Shown here: positions 21,267 through 34,223 of the stretch, piece after piece | Position numbering within the stretch: position 1 is the stretch's first letter | Layout: each line of letters begins with the position of its first letter | Source: Paramoeba atlantica | Taxonomy: Eukaryota > Protista > Discosea | Assembly (NCBI GenBank): GCA_977017575.1 | Contig: CDRNVI010000047.1 | Coordinates: 1-64,000, forward strand | Length of the DNA: 64,000 nt | Direction: 5' to 3' | Notes under the pieces: generated by a model | The model's database searches: none | What the model was told of the DNA's origin: nothing | What the model saw: only the letters and a program-made list of their open reading frames with translations | Translations under genes and position numbers: made by a program

Positions 21267-21761
21267 TTTATTAAGCTTGTGAATTTTATTAAGCTTGTAA
21301 AAGAATTGCACAATGGAAATTTTGATTTCGAAAAATATCGGAGTGTAACACTTCCTGGACTGTTTTTCTACCCACCCCTCGGCTGTGGCAGATTTGGCCA
21401 GTACAAAGCAATCAGACAAAATAAGAATTTGGTCAATCCGTACGATAAGCGTCAACAAAGTGCCGGCATTAGGGACGGTAACGCTCGAAGAAGATACCGA
21501 TGAAGATCCAGAGGACCTCGGCAATGACCTTAAACGTGACTTAGAACCTCTACCAACGATGGCTCAAATAGATCCCTCTTTTGCGGTACATGTAGTCGCC
21601 ATCTTCCGCGCCATTGTTAAAGAATATCCAAAGTCCTCGTTGGAGTCAGAGAAAACAAGAATTTGGCGTAAACTCCTCAATGCGCCAAGAGATTCTTTAG
21701 CAACAGTACGGAACAAGTTGCAAAGACGTCAGAGCTCCGCAAAAATGCGCAAAAACTTTGA

Positions 21762-22536
21762 TGCAAAGCTTAACAGAGCCATTAAAGAATCGTTGAGTAA
21801 GGACCCGAAAATTGCACCAGTGCTGAGAGCAGCAAGTGAAAAAGGGAACTCCGCGTGGCTTCATTCGACGGCAAAGTTAGTGCCTTCCAAATTCTTCACA
21901 TTAGCTTTGATGCCACGTCTTGGTCTAAGCCACCCCCGTATTCCCGAAAGTCTGCAATGCCCAGGATGCCGCACCCTTCTGGATTCTTCATCAGCCTTTA
22001 GCTGAATACCTTGATGAGAGAGGCCATTACACGCAAGCACAGCACATACGTGGCTTCCGGGATGATACCTCAAGAGCGTTTCGTATGCCTCCCAGTCCTC
22101 TCCGGTGGTGCTATGCATCACGGGCTCCGGCACTTGTTGCATACGTTGGCTGACTGCAGTGGACTTGATAGGGTCCGAACACTGAACGAATTTTCGCTTC
22201 GCCTGCAGGAGTTAAATGGGTCGATTGTTTTCTCTCAGCTGAGAAATTATTTATCTAATGACGATTCACAAAACATGGGCCTCTAGAATTTGACTTTAAA
22301 AACAAAAACCTTGGAAACTTAAAGAAAAAAAAAAAAAAAAATAAATAAAATGAAATCCAGTTCGTGCTTTCACGTACATTAACAAAGAATATGAAAAGAT
22401 ATATTAAGAAGAAATATAACTGGAAATAGAACATAACTTTCTCAGGGGAGGCGACATCCTTGTACAAAAAAAAAAAAACAAAAAAATTTATTAAGCTTGT
22501 GAATTTTATTAAGCTTGTAAAAGAATTGCACAATGG
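21762..22536 (+). mobile_element. 5'-truncated, internally deleted RLE 3' end plus transduced flank, inserted in B2
   Basis: MPRLGLSHPRIPESLQCPGC and FVCLPVLSGG..LQELNG segments; TSD AACTTTGA at 21754-21761 and 22537-22544. Confidence 0.8.
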
Positions 22537-23234
22537 AACTTTGAACACATGGAAGCGGGAGAACATCTTAGTGAGGCACAACGTCTGGAATTGGAAATCG
22601 ACCGTCGCTCGATAAGGAATGCACTACAAGCGGCCAAGGCGGACAACCTCAGCAAGGCAACAAGAATTCTAGACAATATATACAAAGATTCATTCCTCAA
22701 TGCTGATGAGAAGTCGAACAAGCTTAGCGACCTTCACCCCAAAGGTCCCTTACCACAAAACATCGATGGAGAATTCCCTCGAATCGGGGTAGTTGATCAA
22801 TCGGAGTTGCGTCAAGCGACGGCAAGGCTATCAAAAGGATCATCGCCAGGGCCCACAGGATTCAGTGAAAACATGATGAGACTTCTGGTAGAGGATGAGG
22901 AATCGTGTCTCGCACTCTGTCACATCACAACAATTCGTTACACTCCGTGATTGAAAGTTCTTGTGGGGTCAGACAAGGGTCCGCCCTATCCTCGCTCTAC
23001 TTTTGTGCGTTACTGCAGGGTCCTTTGAAGGAAGTCACCAGTCTTTACCCGGAGGTCAAGATAAGAGCATATCAGGACGACGTGACAATGAGTTCAACAA
23101 ATTCGACATCCCTAGCAGCAGCATTCCTCCATTTGCGAGAATCAACTCAGGATTTGAACCTAGAAATCAATTTCAACAAGTGCGAATGGTTTAAGTCTTC
23201 AAAGACACAAGAATTTGACGCTTCACCTCTACGA

Positions 23235-26200
23235 CCTACGATCTTAATTGGAGATTTTAATTCCCCTTTAACGCTGGTCAACAAAACTGCTGAAGACAAA
23301 GCAGCTGTAGCACGATTTCGCGCCTTACTTGTAGACGTTGGTTGCAAGTCTGCCCACACTCTCTCACCAAGCTCTCGAAAGTGGACTTGTAAACTTCCCA
23401 ATGGCGCTGAGAGACAATTAGATCATATTATAATTTCCAATCGATACGCGTCAGCAATACAACATCATAAAGTTTTACTTGCTCCTTTCCCAACGCAGCA
23501 CTGCTCGGTTGTCACCCGTCTCAAGATTAAGTGGAAAGCGCATGAAACACAACCTGGCAATTATTTGCCATGGTACAACCTAAAATCAGAAAATATTTGC
23601 AAGGAATTCAATAAATGTACCCAACAAGCTGTTTTCAAAGTAATCGGAGAGGGAAGACCCGACCCGTGGGAGGTTTTATCAGAGGGGATACTATATGCGG
23701 CACAGAAAACACTTCCGGATTTCGAGGCACCAAGTGACTTAAGTAAATCCAATGGGCAACGAGAAGAAACAAACAAACAAGAGGAAATATTATCACTCAG
23801 CGCCCTGTACAAATCTAGTCGAAATGCGCATACATTCAAAGGTCTTGTAGACAAGAGTCGTGAGCAAATTGAGGAAACAATTGAAGCTGAATGTGCAATT
23901 CTCCAAGAAAAACTACGGAAAAACCATTCCAGCCCTTGGAGATTCATTCGCGAAATATGCGGAATGAGGAAAACAGTTTTTAATTATGGCGCAGGTCAAT
24001 CAAACCGGAAACGACTAGCAGCCGTTAAGGACTTCTTCTCTAAAATTGCTAACCGAGGTGTTGGAGACACAAAAGTTGAATTTGATGAGGCCAAAAACTT
24101 TGAAGGAGAAATCATGGATTCACCTTTCACAGAAGATGAACTTGCATGCGCTGCGCGTAGACTTAAACGAGGAAAAGCTCCAGGACTCGACGAGATACCA
24201 GCGGAAGCGTACATATCCATACTCGAAGAAAATTCTTTACGCCATCTCCTTCTTGGAATCATCAACAAAGCCCTTGAAACGGGAAAGACGCACCATCTCT
24301 GGAAAACCGTTCTGCAAGTCCCCGTACCGAAAAAAGGTGATCTTTCCGAGCTGCGGAATTGGCGCCCAATATGTCTTGTCAACGTTATCCTCAAGCTAAT
24401 TAACGGTATGATTTTGAATCGTATTCGGCCCTCGACAGAGCGAGTTCTACGCGAAAATCAATATGGTTTCCGCCCGGAGAGGTCCACCTGTGGAGCCCAA
24501 ATTATTCTCAATGAAATCCTCACGAAATCAAGACGGAATCGAAGTCACGAAAATGTCATGATTGCTTTCATCGACTTCGCGAGTGCCTTTCCATCGCTTT
24601 CACACTCATCTATCAGGGCAGCGTTACATTCGTTCCACGTAGGACCTCGAATGACAACCCTTGCAATGTCGGCCTACGAGGGCTTAGAGGCCATTGTACG
24701 TACCCCGTTTGGGAAAACCAGCTCCTTTCCTATTACCTCGGGTATTTTGCAAGGGGATGTGCTGGCTCCGTATTTATTTATCATGGTTCTCGATCGCATC
24801 CTTCACGCGGCATTGAAAAATAAAGATGATGGACTAACGCTGAGCTCCGCCGGAACCAGAAAACGTGGATATAAATCAACACGAGTGACTGATATTGATT
24901 ACGCTGATGATTTGATCCTGTTTTCCGACTCCAAACGTTCATTAGAAAGGATGGTCGACAGCGTCGCTACTGAAGCATCCAAAGCTAATTTGAGTATAGC
25001 CGCTGGTGTCAACAAAACGGCATGGATGTCCATCTCGAAGAATGAGAATAAGGATGGCGATCTCCTTTCATCAACTTGTGGGAACATTCCGAAAGTAAAA
25101 TCGTACCGCCATCTGGGGCATGTTCAGCATGAAACCGAGCCTAAATTAACATTAACCGACAGATTACGTTTGACGTGGGCGTATTTTAGCAAACTACGAG
25201 GTATTTGGATCTCGCCTCTTCGCGTAAAGGCTAAGCTTCGAATTTTTGACACCCTTGTCTATCCCATACTAAACTACGGTACGTCATCCATGGTGATATC
25301 GGCATCGCAGGTGAGAAACGTTGAAGTACAGGTAAACAACATGAGGCGCATCGTGTGTGACGCCGTAGGAGTTGATGAGAATGGGCATTGTTATCCTATT
25401 GAATCTCTGTACCACAACACGCTACATTTCAATACAATACATCGTATTAATCGGGCGCGCCTTGTGGGTCACCAAATTAGGCACTCTGAGATCTACCGCT
25501 CTTTAGTAGGATGGGGCTCCCGGGAAAAGGCGAGATTTCCATCGCCTTCCGAAGCATGCGCACAAGACCTTGGGATTGAGATGGAAGAAATGCTTGTATA
25601 TGCCTCTGATCGCGCACACTGGGCCAAATTAATTGAAAACCTCTCAGAGAGACTCGAGCCCTCAGAGTCTTATATTGGCTACAAAAGTCCTAAATGGAAA
25701 CTAGCATACAAAAACGCTTTAAAAGAAACAGTGTGTAATAAATTAGAATTTATCGAAGAAGGGGAAACCCCTTTTCCTGTAAAACCAGAGGAAATGCATG
25801 CGTACGTGGATGCTTCTATCTCCGATGATACGGACACAAGGGTAAAGGTAGCAGTTGGATGTGTAATAGTAAACGCAGAGAAGCATGAAAGTTTTTCGTC
25901 CTCCCTATCCTACCTGGAAACCAAATCTCCTGAAAGAGCCGAAATTCACGCTGCCCTATTTGGTTTGAGTAAACTAAAAGAAGTTGAAAATGTTGTTGTA
26001 CACACAGATTCGTATTATGTGTGGAATTTTGTAAATATGCGCCGAAGGAAAGATCGACTGGTTGGTTTTGAAGGCTCGAATTCCGATCTGCTTAGTTTTC
26101 TGGATAGTTTTATTCGATCAGCGCATTGTCAGGGGAGAACCATCACCTTTATTAAGGTCCGAGGCCATTCAGGGAATAAATGGAATGAAGAAGCGGATAC

Positions 26201-26634
26201 CTTAAGTAAAAAGCTCGTTAGTTCGGAACCTATTTCTAAACGAAGAAAAAACCTGAACCGAGGAAATGAATCGGCCCACTCCGAATATGAGTGGATAGCG
26301 TGCCTTAAAACAATAGAAAAGAAAACCACGAACCCAACCCGTGAGGAGCGTCGGATGCGGCGTAAGAGAAAAGGTAAGTTACTAGACACCGCGTCTTCGC
26401 TTGCTAACGCAGAATTTGAACAAAGCGAAAAGAAACATTTCCGAACATCCAACCTGTAAACTCAGGGGTGTACTCAAAACGAAAGTAATGGAAAAATATA
26501 TCTACCAATAGGGCGCACGATGGTGTGGGAATCAAATTCTATTAGTTCTAGTTTTAGGAGCATATATTTAGTGAAGCTTGAACAGTTTCTCAACTGAAGG
26601 GTAATGCCTTCAGTGTTGTGTGTGTGTGTGTGTG
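23235..26634 (+). mobile_element. 5'-truncated APE-RT-RNase H LINE (family E, ingi-like), (TG)n tail, 12-bp TSD; coding 23235..26459
   Basis: LIGDFNS, LDHIII, WRPICL, QYGFRP, DFASAF, LQGDVLAP, YADD; RNase H YVDAS, RAEIHA, HTDS, GHSGNKWNEEAD; TSD TCACCTCTACGA 23223-23234 / 26635-26646. Confidence 0.93.
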
Positions 26635-27499
26635 TCACCTCTACGAACGCTGGGAGTTAAAAAGTGTGAGGATTTAATCAAAGTTCTAGGGGGATACATC
26701 GGCAGAGATAAAATAGTAGAAGAGAAGCTCCTCGAGAAAATGTCAAAACACGAATGCCTGTTTCGAAGGTTGCGCATCATGGGTCCGAGCAATTTGTCAT
26801 TAGCAATTCTAAAACGATGCACAGTGCCGCGTCAAGATTACCACCTTAGAGTGCACAAACCAGTGGCAACCCTTTCATTGGCAGAAGAGTTCGACAAAGA
26901 AATTCAATCTGTCATGATGAAATGGTGCGGAGCGAACGGTGACTCCTTAAAACTTGCCACTTTGCCATGCAAGTTGGGAGGTTTAGGTATTATTTCGACT
27001 GTTGTGAAGCAACGTTACTTTTTTGAAGCCTCGCGAAAATCTATCGAAGAGCTTTTCAAACCCACTAACGCTCCGGTAGGTTGCACGGGAACTCAGACGA
27101 GTCAGAGCCTCATGAAGAGTCAGAATCAAGCATCACGCACTCAACTAAAGAAACAAATGAAAAGCGAACACGAAACACTGGCAACAAAACTGAACGAAAA
27201 TCCCAGCATTGCTCGCATCACGAAGAGGTCAAAAGAATCCAACGTGCATTTGGACTCGGCGCACAACTACGTAAACCCCTATCTTTTCAAATACACGTTA
27301 ATGATGAGACTAGGTGTCAGCATCACAAAAGCGCCGAAAGATATTGCTTGCCCTGGATGTGGAGTCATGGAAACGCCAAGCAGTATTATGTCCCACGTAG
27401 CAGGATGTTCGCGTTGTTCTGGAATGAATTGCACTCGAAAACATTCTCATATTGTTCGGTACCTGGCCGATTTATGTACGAAAGCAGGCCTTCCGTATG

Positions 27500-28758
27500 C
27501 ACACACACACACACACACAACACTGAAGGCATTACCCTTCAGTTGAGAAACTGTTCAAGCTTCACTAAATATATGCTCCTAAAACTAGAACTAATAGAAT
27601 TTGATTCCCACACCATCGTGCGCCCTATTGGTAGATATATTTTTCCATTACTTTCGTTTTGAGTACACCCCTGAGTTTACAGGTTGGATGTTCGGAAATG
27701 TTTCTTTTCGCTTTGTTCAAATTCTGCGTTAGCAAGCAAAGACGCGGTGTCTAGTAACTTACCTTTTCTCTTACGCCGCATCCGACGCTCCTCACGGGTT
27801 GGGTTCGTGGTTTTCTTTTCTATTGTTTTAAGGCACGCTATCCACTCATATTCGGAGTGGGCCGATTCATTTCCTCGGTTCAGGTTTTTTCTTCGTTTAG
27901 AAATAGGTTCCGAACTAACGAGCTTTTTACTTAAGGTATCCGCTTCTTCATTCCATTTATTCCCACAATGGCCTCGGACCTTAATAAAGGTGATGGTTCT
28001 CCCCTGACAATGCGCTGATCGAATAAAACTATCCAGAAAACTAAGCAGATCGGAATTCGAGCCTTCAAAACCAACCAGTCGATCTTTCCTTCGGCGCATA
28101 TTTACAAAATTCCACACATAATACGAATCTGTGTGTACAACAACATTTTCAACTTCTTTTAGTTTACTCAAACCAAATAGGGCAGCGTGAATTTCGGCTC
28201 TTTCAGGAGATTTGGTTTCCAGGTAGGATAGGGAGGACGAAAAACTTTCATGCTTCTCTGCTTTTACTATTACACATCCAACTGCTACCTTTACCCTTGT
28301 GTCCGTATCATCGGAGATAGAAGCATCCACGTACGCATGCATTTCCTCTGGTTTTACAGGAAAAGGGGTTTCCCCTTCTTCGATAAATTGTAATTTATTA
28401 CACACTGTTTCTTTTAAAGCATTTTTATATGCTAGTTTCCATTTAGGACTTTTGTAGCCAATATAAGACTCTGAGGGCTCGAGTCTCTCTGAGAGGTTTT
28501 CAATTAATTTGGCCCAGTTTGCGCGATCAGAGGCATATACAAGCATTTCTTCCATCTCAATCCCAAGGTCTTGTGCGCATGCTTCGGAAGGCGATGGAAA
28601 TCTCGCCTTTTCCCGGGAGCCCCATCCTACTAAAGAGCGGTAGATCTCAGAGTGCCTAATTTGGTGACCCACAAGGCGCGCCCGATTAATACGATGTATT
28701 GTATTGAAATGTAGCGTGTTGTGGTACAGAGATTCAATAGGATAACAATGCCCATTCT
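27500..28758 (-). mobile_element. 3' part of second family E copy (RNase H, 3'UTR, tail); continues at 32842..32963 and 52129..54567
   Basis: Inverted near-identical copy of about 25379..26634; (CA)n at 27500-27520. Confidence 0.92.
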
Positions 28759-31700
28759 GTACATTTCTGTACCTTGTTGACTTTTTCTTTACTACTACTT
28801 TAACCTCTTTTATGTCAGTTCCTTCCTCGCGGGCGGCGCAACGTACGCCGTCGGAGAATCGGCAGACCACTGCAACTGTTAGGAGCACTGGCGTACAGGA
28901 GAACAACTTGAACTTCACCGAAGAAGCGAATAGACATGAGATTGGTTCATGGGACCAGTTCAAAGCCAACGACAAACTCATTAAAGCAACCAGCAACTAC
29001 GACGAACTCAAGTACACGACCTCCATTCCACAACATATACCCCAGCACTGGGCAGAGAAATCAGAGAAAGCCGCTCTCAGCATCGAGAAAAATCCAACCG
29101 CAGATACCGGCCAACACAAAGAGTACGGCGAAGAGGATACTTTCGCGAGTGTTCAAAGAAACAAAAGCTCAGATCAAGCTCTATCAGACCCCTCCGCATT
29201 TAAAATAAAGATCAGAAAAGAAAATACCACACATAAAAACAAAAAGCAAATTCCAAAGAAAGTCAAAGTTATACTTCGCACTACCAACTCACCAGCTCAT
29301 CAGCAAGCGAAGCATGCAGAAGCAGACATGTCACAGGACGAGCAAGACTCAAGTGACTCATGCACAAGTGGACCAGACATCTCGGACGACGACATGCTGA
29401 CTTTGACCGATCTCGCAGCAAGCACATTAAAGACCCCCGATCAGGTCGTGAAAATTATAAGCCAATGGGGAAAAGGATCTACCTGCGAAGTGCATTGGAA
29501 ATTCAGACACTGCGATGAAGTCTTTCACTCTATCGGAGATGTTGTGTCACGCCATTCCCGGAAAGGCACAGTTAGGGTGAAGATATCCTACACACCGAAA
29601 AATGGTTCAGGTCCATCAGGATTTCTCTACCTACCCGCATCACACAAGATAAATATTTTTCGACTACGCGCAATAAAACTAAATCGTATCGCTACGCAAT
29701 CGACACAGTTAGATCTGGGCGAAGTACAAGATTATGACGCAGGCGGCGACCTAGAACCACTCCCCTCCTTCACCGAAATAGACCCGACATTCGCATCCCA
29801 CGTCGTAGCAATCTTTAGAGAGATCTTACGAGGATATCCCGCGCTGCATCTCGCATCAGAAAAAACCTCTGTCTGGCACAAATTTCTTAACGCACCACGT
29901 GATTCACTCGCTACTGTACGGCAAGCGATCCAGCGAAAGTACAGCAACCCGAAAACCAGATCAACACGCAAGGACGAGTTCCTCACCACACAAGATGAGA
30001 AAATAGAACGTGAGGCCGACCAACGCTCAATACGTTCCGCGCTACGGACAGCTAGAGCTAGAAACTTGATCAAAGCCACCCGCATCCTCGACAACATATA
30101 TCTAGACACGAATCTCAGCATTGACGAAAAGGTAGCAAAGCTTAAGGATCTACACCCGGAGGGAGAACGTCCTAGTCTCACGTCAGCCCAATATCCACGA
30201 ACCGGGATTATCGAAAAACACGAACTCCGAGCAGCAATTGAAAAGTTGGCCCCGGGAGCCTCCCCAGGCCCAACAGGTTTGAGCGAGGCTATGTTGCGTC
30301 TACTAGCAGATGACGAAGAATCTAGCACGGCTCTGTGTCATATGCTGCGAGACATGGTAAACGGAGACATCGCACCGTCGGTACGCGAAAGATTGACTCG
30401 ATGCCGGCTCATGGCAATCAACAAACCAGAAAATGGAATAAGACCAATCGCAATCGGAGAAACTCTGCTAAAGATATGTGGGTCTATTCTATTAAACCGA
30501 AACGAAGAAAAACTCAAGAAATTCTTTGAGCCTGAGCAACGAGGAATTCTGCAAAAGAACGCCTGCGAAGGTATTGTCCACGAACTCATCGATGAATACG
30601 ACAAGGGGCACGCCATTCTAACAGTTGACTACAAAAACGCATACAACACCCCTTCCCGTCAAGCAATATCTGAGGCACTAACTCACAACAACATCTTTAA
30701 ACCATTTATGCGCATCTTCAATTTGGAATACGGAGAGCCTTCTGACCTACTTTTCTTCACCAACAACACACTCCATACAATAGTGAAAAGTTCCTCCGGA
30801 GTTCGGCAAGGCTCTGCCCTCTCGTCTCTATATTTTTGCGCCCTCATTCAAAACTCACTCAAAGAAATCGCGGAATCGTTCCCAGACGTTACAGTGCGCG
30901 CTTACATGGACGACATAACGCTATCATCAACTAATCCCATATCCCTCCAAACGGCTTTCCTTCATTTACACGAGTCTTCAAAACTACTCGGTCTACATGT
31001 GAATTACAGCAAATGTGAATGGTTTCAGAAAGTGGATACCCCCTGTGCTCCTCAAATCCTGCAAACCATGGGAGTGGGACATCCTCAGACAGCAGTAAAA
31101 ATCTTAGGCGCATACATCGGTCAGGATAGAATGGTAAATGAATGCTTATTAAAGAAGTTCGACAAACATAAGTGCCTCTTCCGTCGCTTACGACTAATGG
31201 GACCAAGCAACCTCTCCTTAGCAATTCTGAATCGCTGCACGATCCCCCGTCAGGACTACCATCTACGAGTCCACAAACCTGACGCCACTCTCGAACTAGC
31301 ACAACGCTTTGATGCAGAGGTTACGAGTATCATTGAACTTTGGTTTAATTCGACGGGCCCATCTACAACTCTAACAACTCTACCACAGTATCTTGGGGGA
31401 CTCGGGCTCAAGCCGTCATGCTTGAAACAAAAGTACTTTTTCCTTGCCTCTCGCAAGGCCATTGAAGAGCAATCAAAATCCTACAACGCTCCGGTGGTCA
31501 CTGCGGGATCCAAGCGAATCAGAACCAAAAGCGAACACGCCAACCTGACAAACGATACATCCAAGCGAATGGCCATGAAAGCGATCCGAGCCGAGCAAAA
31601 ACGCACTGCGACCGAGCTCAAAAAGGATAAACGCCTCAGCGAACTGATGGAACGAGGATCATCATCTTTTCAACATCTACATTCAACCAGCAATTACATA

Positions 31701-32430
31701 AATCCATATCTCTTCCGATTTTGTATAATGATGCGCCTAGGAATCGTGCCCAACAATATGCCAAAAACAGTCGTGTGCCCAGGATGCCTGTCAGAACATA
31801 CGTCCGACACGATATTTCAACATATACCTGGATGCACGCAATGCTGTGGAATCAATGCGACAAAGAAACACACAAGATTAGTTCGTTTCTTAGGAGAACT
31901 GTGTGCCAAAGCAGGGTTAGCTCACGTTGTAGAGCCAAGAGTACATTCATCATTCTTCTGCACTAAATGTAAGGCAACAGTCTCTGACGAGCTCTCCGAA
32001 AATCACCCATGCAGAGCCAGGTGCATACGCTCCGGTCCCGACCTAGGCATTATGTGGTCTCATGCAGGAGAAATTCTCTACGACGTCACCGTTGTTCACA
32101 GTTGTGCCCCTAGCTACACCAAGTCCTCCACAGAACAGTTAATGCAGAATGCTCTTGACCGTAAACACAAGAAATACGTCCTGCAAGGAGGAATTCCAGA
32201 AGAAAGTTTCAGCTGCTTGGCAATGACCGAATTAGGGCAGCTACACAAAAACACGAAAACCCTTTTGTCTCTATTGGCCCAACGATCACAACAAGACGTT
32301 AAAGTCGTGAAAGAAGCCTTCCAGCTCGAGATTGAGAAGATGAATGCATATACCATTGCAACGCAACTTCGAAAGTACGTTCCATCAGCACAATGGCTTG
32401 GCGGACTAAATCATTGATCGACTCTAGTAC

Positions 32431-32471
<41 letters not shown>

Positions 32472-32841
32472 CAGTCCGCAAGTGGTCGTAGCAATGCTCT
32501 ACTTGTTATTATTATTATTCTCATTTTATCCTAACACAAAGCTCGCTGCGACAACACTACCCACGCGACTCCATCCACTTTTCCTTCTCGTACCGCCTCT
32601 CTTCAACCTTCTCCTGATTGAAAATATGCTTTGCGAATTCCTCAAATTAAATTAAATATAATTTCATTAAAATTTTTGCCTATTGAAAATTACAATGCAT
32701 TAGGAACAATCATACACATGCCCATTTGACTAATCAAATAAATTGATTGATCTCACAGTAGTCAACGAACTTGAATTTGAGATTTTGATTCACTTTTTTT
32801 TTTATAAAGAAAATGAGTATGTTAAAAAAAAAATGAGTATG
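28759..32841 (+). mobile_element. Full-length B-type RLE retrotransposon inserted into E
   Basis: SL nt 24-39 at 28764..28779; A-tail 32824-32833; TSD TGCCCATTCT 28749-28758 / 32842-32851; (CA)n(TA)n in 3'UTR. Confidence 0.92.
28812..32417 (+). CDS. LsmAD-like + beta-rich domain + RT + Zn fingers + RLE polyprotein
   Basis: WDQFKANDKL..YDELKYTT..EEDTFASVQR; RPIAIGE, DYKNAYN, GVRQGSALSSLYFC, AYMDD; CPGC..HIPGC, KKH, RSGPDL..YDVTV. Confidence 0.93.
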   Translation: MSVPSSRAAQRTPSENRQTTATVRSTGVQENNLNFTEEANRHEIGSWDQFKANDKLIKATSNYDELKYTTSIPQHIPQHWAEKSEKAALSIEKNPTADTGQHKEYGEEDTFASVQRNKSSDQALSDPSAFKIKIRKENTTHKNKKQIPKKVKVILRTTNSPAHQQAKHAEADMSQDEQDSSDSCTSGPDISDDDMLTLTDLAASTLKTPDQVVKIISQWGKGSTCEVHWKFRHCDEVFHSIGDVVSRHSRKGTVRVKISYTPKNGSGPSGFLYLPASHKINIFRLRAIKLNRIATQSTQLDLGEVQDYDAGGDLEPLPSFTEIDPTFASHVVAIFREILRGYPALHLASEKTSVWHKFLNAPRDSLATVRQAIQRKYSNPKTRSTRKDEFLTTQDEKIEREADQRSIRSALRTARARNLIKATRILDNIYLDTNLSIDEKVAKLKDLHPEGERPSLTSAQYPRTGIIEKHELRAAIEKLAPGASPGPTGLSEAMLRLLADDEESSTALCHMLRDMVNGDIAPSVRERLTRCRLMAINKPENGIRPIAIGETLLKICGSILLNRNEEKLKKFFEPEQRGILQKNACEGIVHELIDEYDKGHAILTVDYKNAYNTPSRQAISEALTHNNIFKPFMRIFNLEYGEPSDLLFFTNNTLHTIVKSSSGVRQGSALSSLYFCALIQNSLKEIAESFPDVTVRAYMDDITLSSTNPISLQTAFLHLHESSKLLGLHVNYSKCEWFQKVDTPCAPQILQTMGVGHPQTAVKILGAYIGQDRMVNECLLKKFDKHKCLFRRLRLMGPSNLSLAILNRCTIPRQDYHLRVHKPDATLELAQRFDAEVTSIIELWFNSTGPSTTLTTLPQYLGGLGLKPSCLKQKYFFLASRKAIEEQSKSYNAPVVTAGSKRIRTKSEHANLTNDTSKRMAMKAIRAEQKRTATELKKDKRLSELMERGSSSFQHLHSTSNYINPYLFRFCIMMRLGIVPNNMPKTVVCPGCLSEHTSDTIFQHIPGCTQCCGINATKKHTRLVRFLGELCAKAGLAHVVEPRVHSSFFCTKCKATVSDELSENHPCRARCIRSGPDLGIMWSHAGEILYDVTVVHSCAPSYTKSSTEQLMQNALDRKHKKYVLQGGIPEESFSCLAMTELGQLHKNTKTLLSLLAQRSQQDVKVVKEAFQLEIEKMNAYTIATQLRKYVPSAQWLGGLNH

Positions 32842-32963
32842 TGCCCATTCTCATCAACTCCTACGGCGTCACACACGATGCGCCTCATGTTGTTTACTTG
32901 TACTTCAACGTTTCTCACCTGCGATGCCGATATCACCATGGATGACGTACCGTAGTTTAGTAT

Positions 32964-34223
32964 CCAATCCAATCCAAAAGACCGACATATGTCGGTTAGA
33001 ATGTTAAATGTTTTCCCCCCGAACTTATACTCCCTCGCCTTCCAATTCAGAGTTTAGTAGTGCCTACTATTTTACTTTCACACAATACTTTTCCTTTATC
33101 TTCCTGAACTCTTCCTCAGGGTATTCCGAACCTGCTGGTGGAAACACATCTTCCGCCCAACTCTTACTATGAAGGCGCCCTCTTTCCACCAGTTTTCGCA
33201 ATCTTCCCGCACAGCGTGACTTTAGCCTCGGCGCCACGCTTGGGTGCTGGATTGGTTTTCGTCTTTCCCTTTTCCAAGGTTCTATGTTTTATCAGCTTTT
33301 CCAAGGATTTGTCGATTTGTGATGCGTTGGAATCATTACTTGTTTTTCTCTTTTTCTGCTCAGGCGGTCGAGGAACTTTTCGCGCTGCAATCAGTGCTAA
33401 CCCATCTGCCTCGTCGTTCCATTTATTTCCTGAGTGACCCTTGACTTTGCACATATATATTGAGTACAAATCATGTTTTAAGGACCGTAATTTTCCGTCT
33501 AACTGGGAGAACAAATCTCCATTTAAAACTCCCTTGTAACCAACGATTCGCCGCCGATATCGAAGATTGTGAAAGAAGTCCCATAGATAGTAAGAGTCTG
33601 TATGAAACAGACAAGCGCATGGTTTTGACGGCAGTTGGAGAAGGGCATGCTGAAAAGCTAAGATCTCTACTCGCTCAATAGTGTCTGATTCCAATGGTAT
33701 GGATATCCGTGAGGGTTCGCATCGTGGTTTTAGAACTACGATACCTATGCCACTTCGAATCTCTTTCGTATTTTTCATCGGCAGAACAGAGCCATCGGTA
33801 TAGATTTGTATGGCTTTATAGGCTGGAAAAGGCACATTTGATTCTTCAACGAACTGTAATTCTGAAGGACTTTTTCGTTTTTTAGCTTTGGCAAGAGCAG
33901 TTTTCCACTTTGCTGACCCAATTTTTTCGTATTCTATGAGCGGTTCAAGTTCACGTCGCAATTTTTCTGTCAGACGATACCAGTGTTCACGGTCTGACGC
34001 AAATACCAATGCCTCTTCCAGTGTAATGTTAAGATCCTTGAAGCAAGCCTCGCTTGGAGATAAATTGCGTGCATTCGGGCGTTGTTTCCACTGTACAAGC
34101 TCTTGAAAATCACTGGAGTGCCTCAGCATGTGCCCTACGAGCTTGGCCCTCTGAACCTTGTGTATAGTAGAAAAGCGCTCAGTTTCAAGATACAGAGAAG
34201 CATTCGGGTAGCTCATTCCGTAT
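32964..34223 (-). mobile_element. Family F APE-RT-RNase H LINE, 3' part with (TTGGA)n tail; continues at 38724..39520 and 50905..52128
   Basis: RNase H YTDGS, RVEILA, HTDS, GHSGNKWNDEAD; 12-bp TSD GTAGTTTAGTAT 32952-32963 / 52129-52140. Confidence 0.88.

Larger units (their letters stand above)
20470..27499 (+). mobile_element. B-type element B2, fragmented by three insertions and one internal deletion
   Basis: Pieces 20531-21111, 21409-21761, 22537-23234 and 26635-27499 align in order to ORF 28812..32417; TSDs CAATCAGA, AACTTTGA, TCACCTCTACGA. Confidence 0.8.

Noticed and set aside
22905-26459. 1184-aa ORF as a natural RLE-APE fusion (likewise 50887..52659)
   Set aside because: Chance in-frame junctions at TSD-bounded insertions; upstream parts are truncated RT pieces
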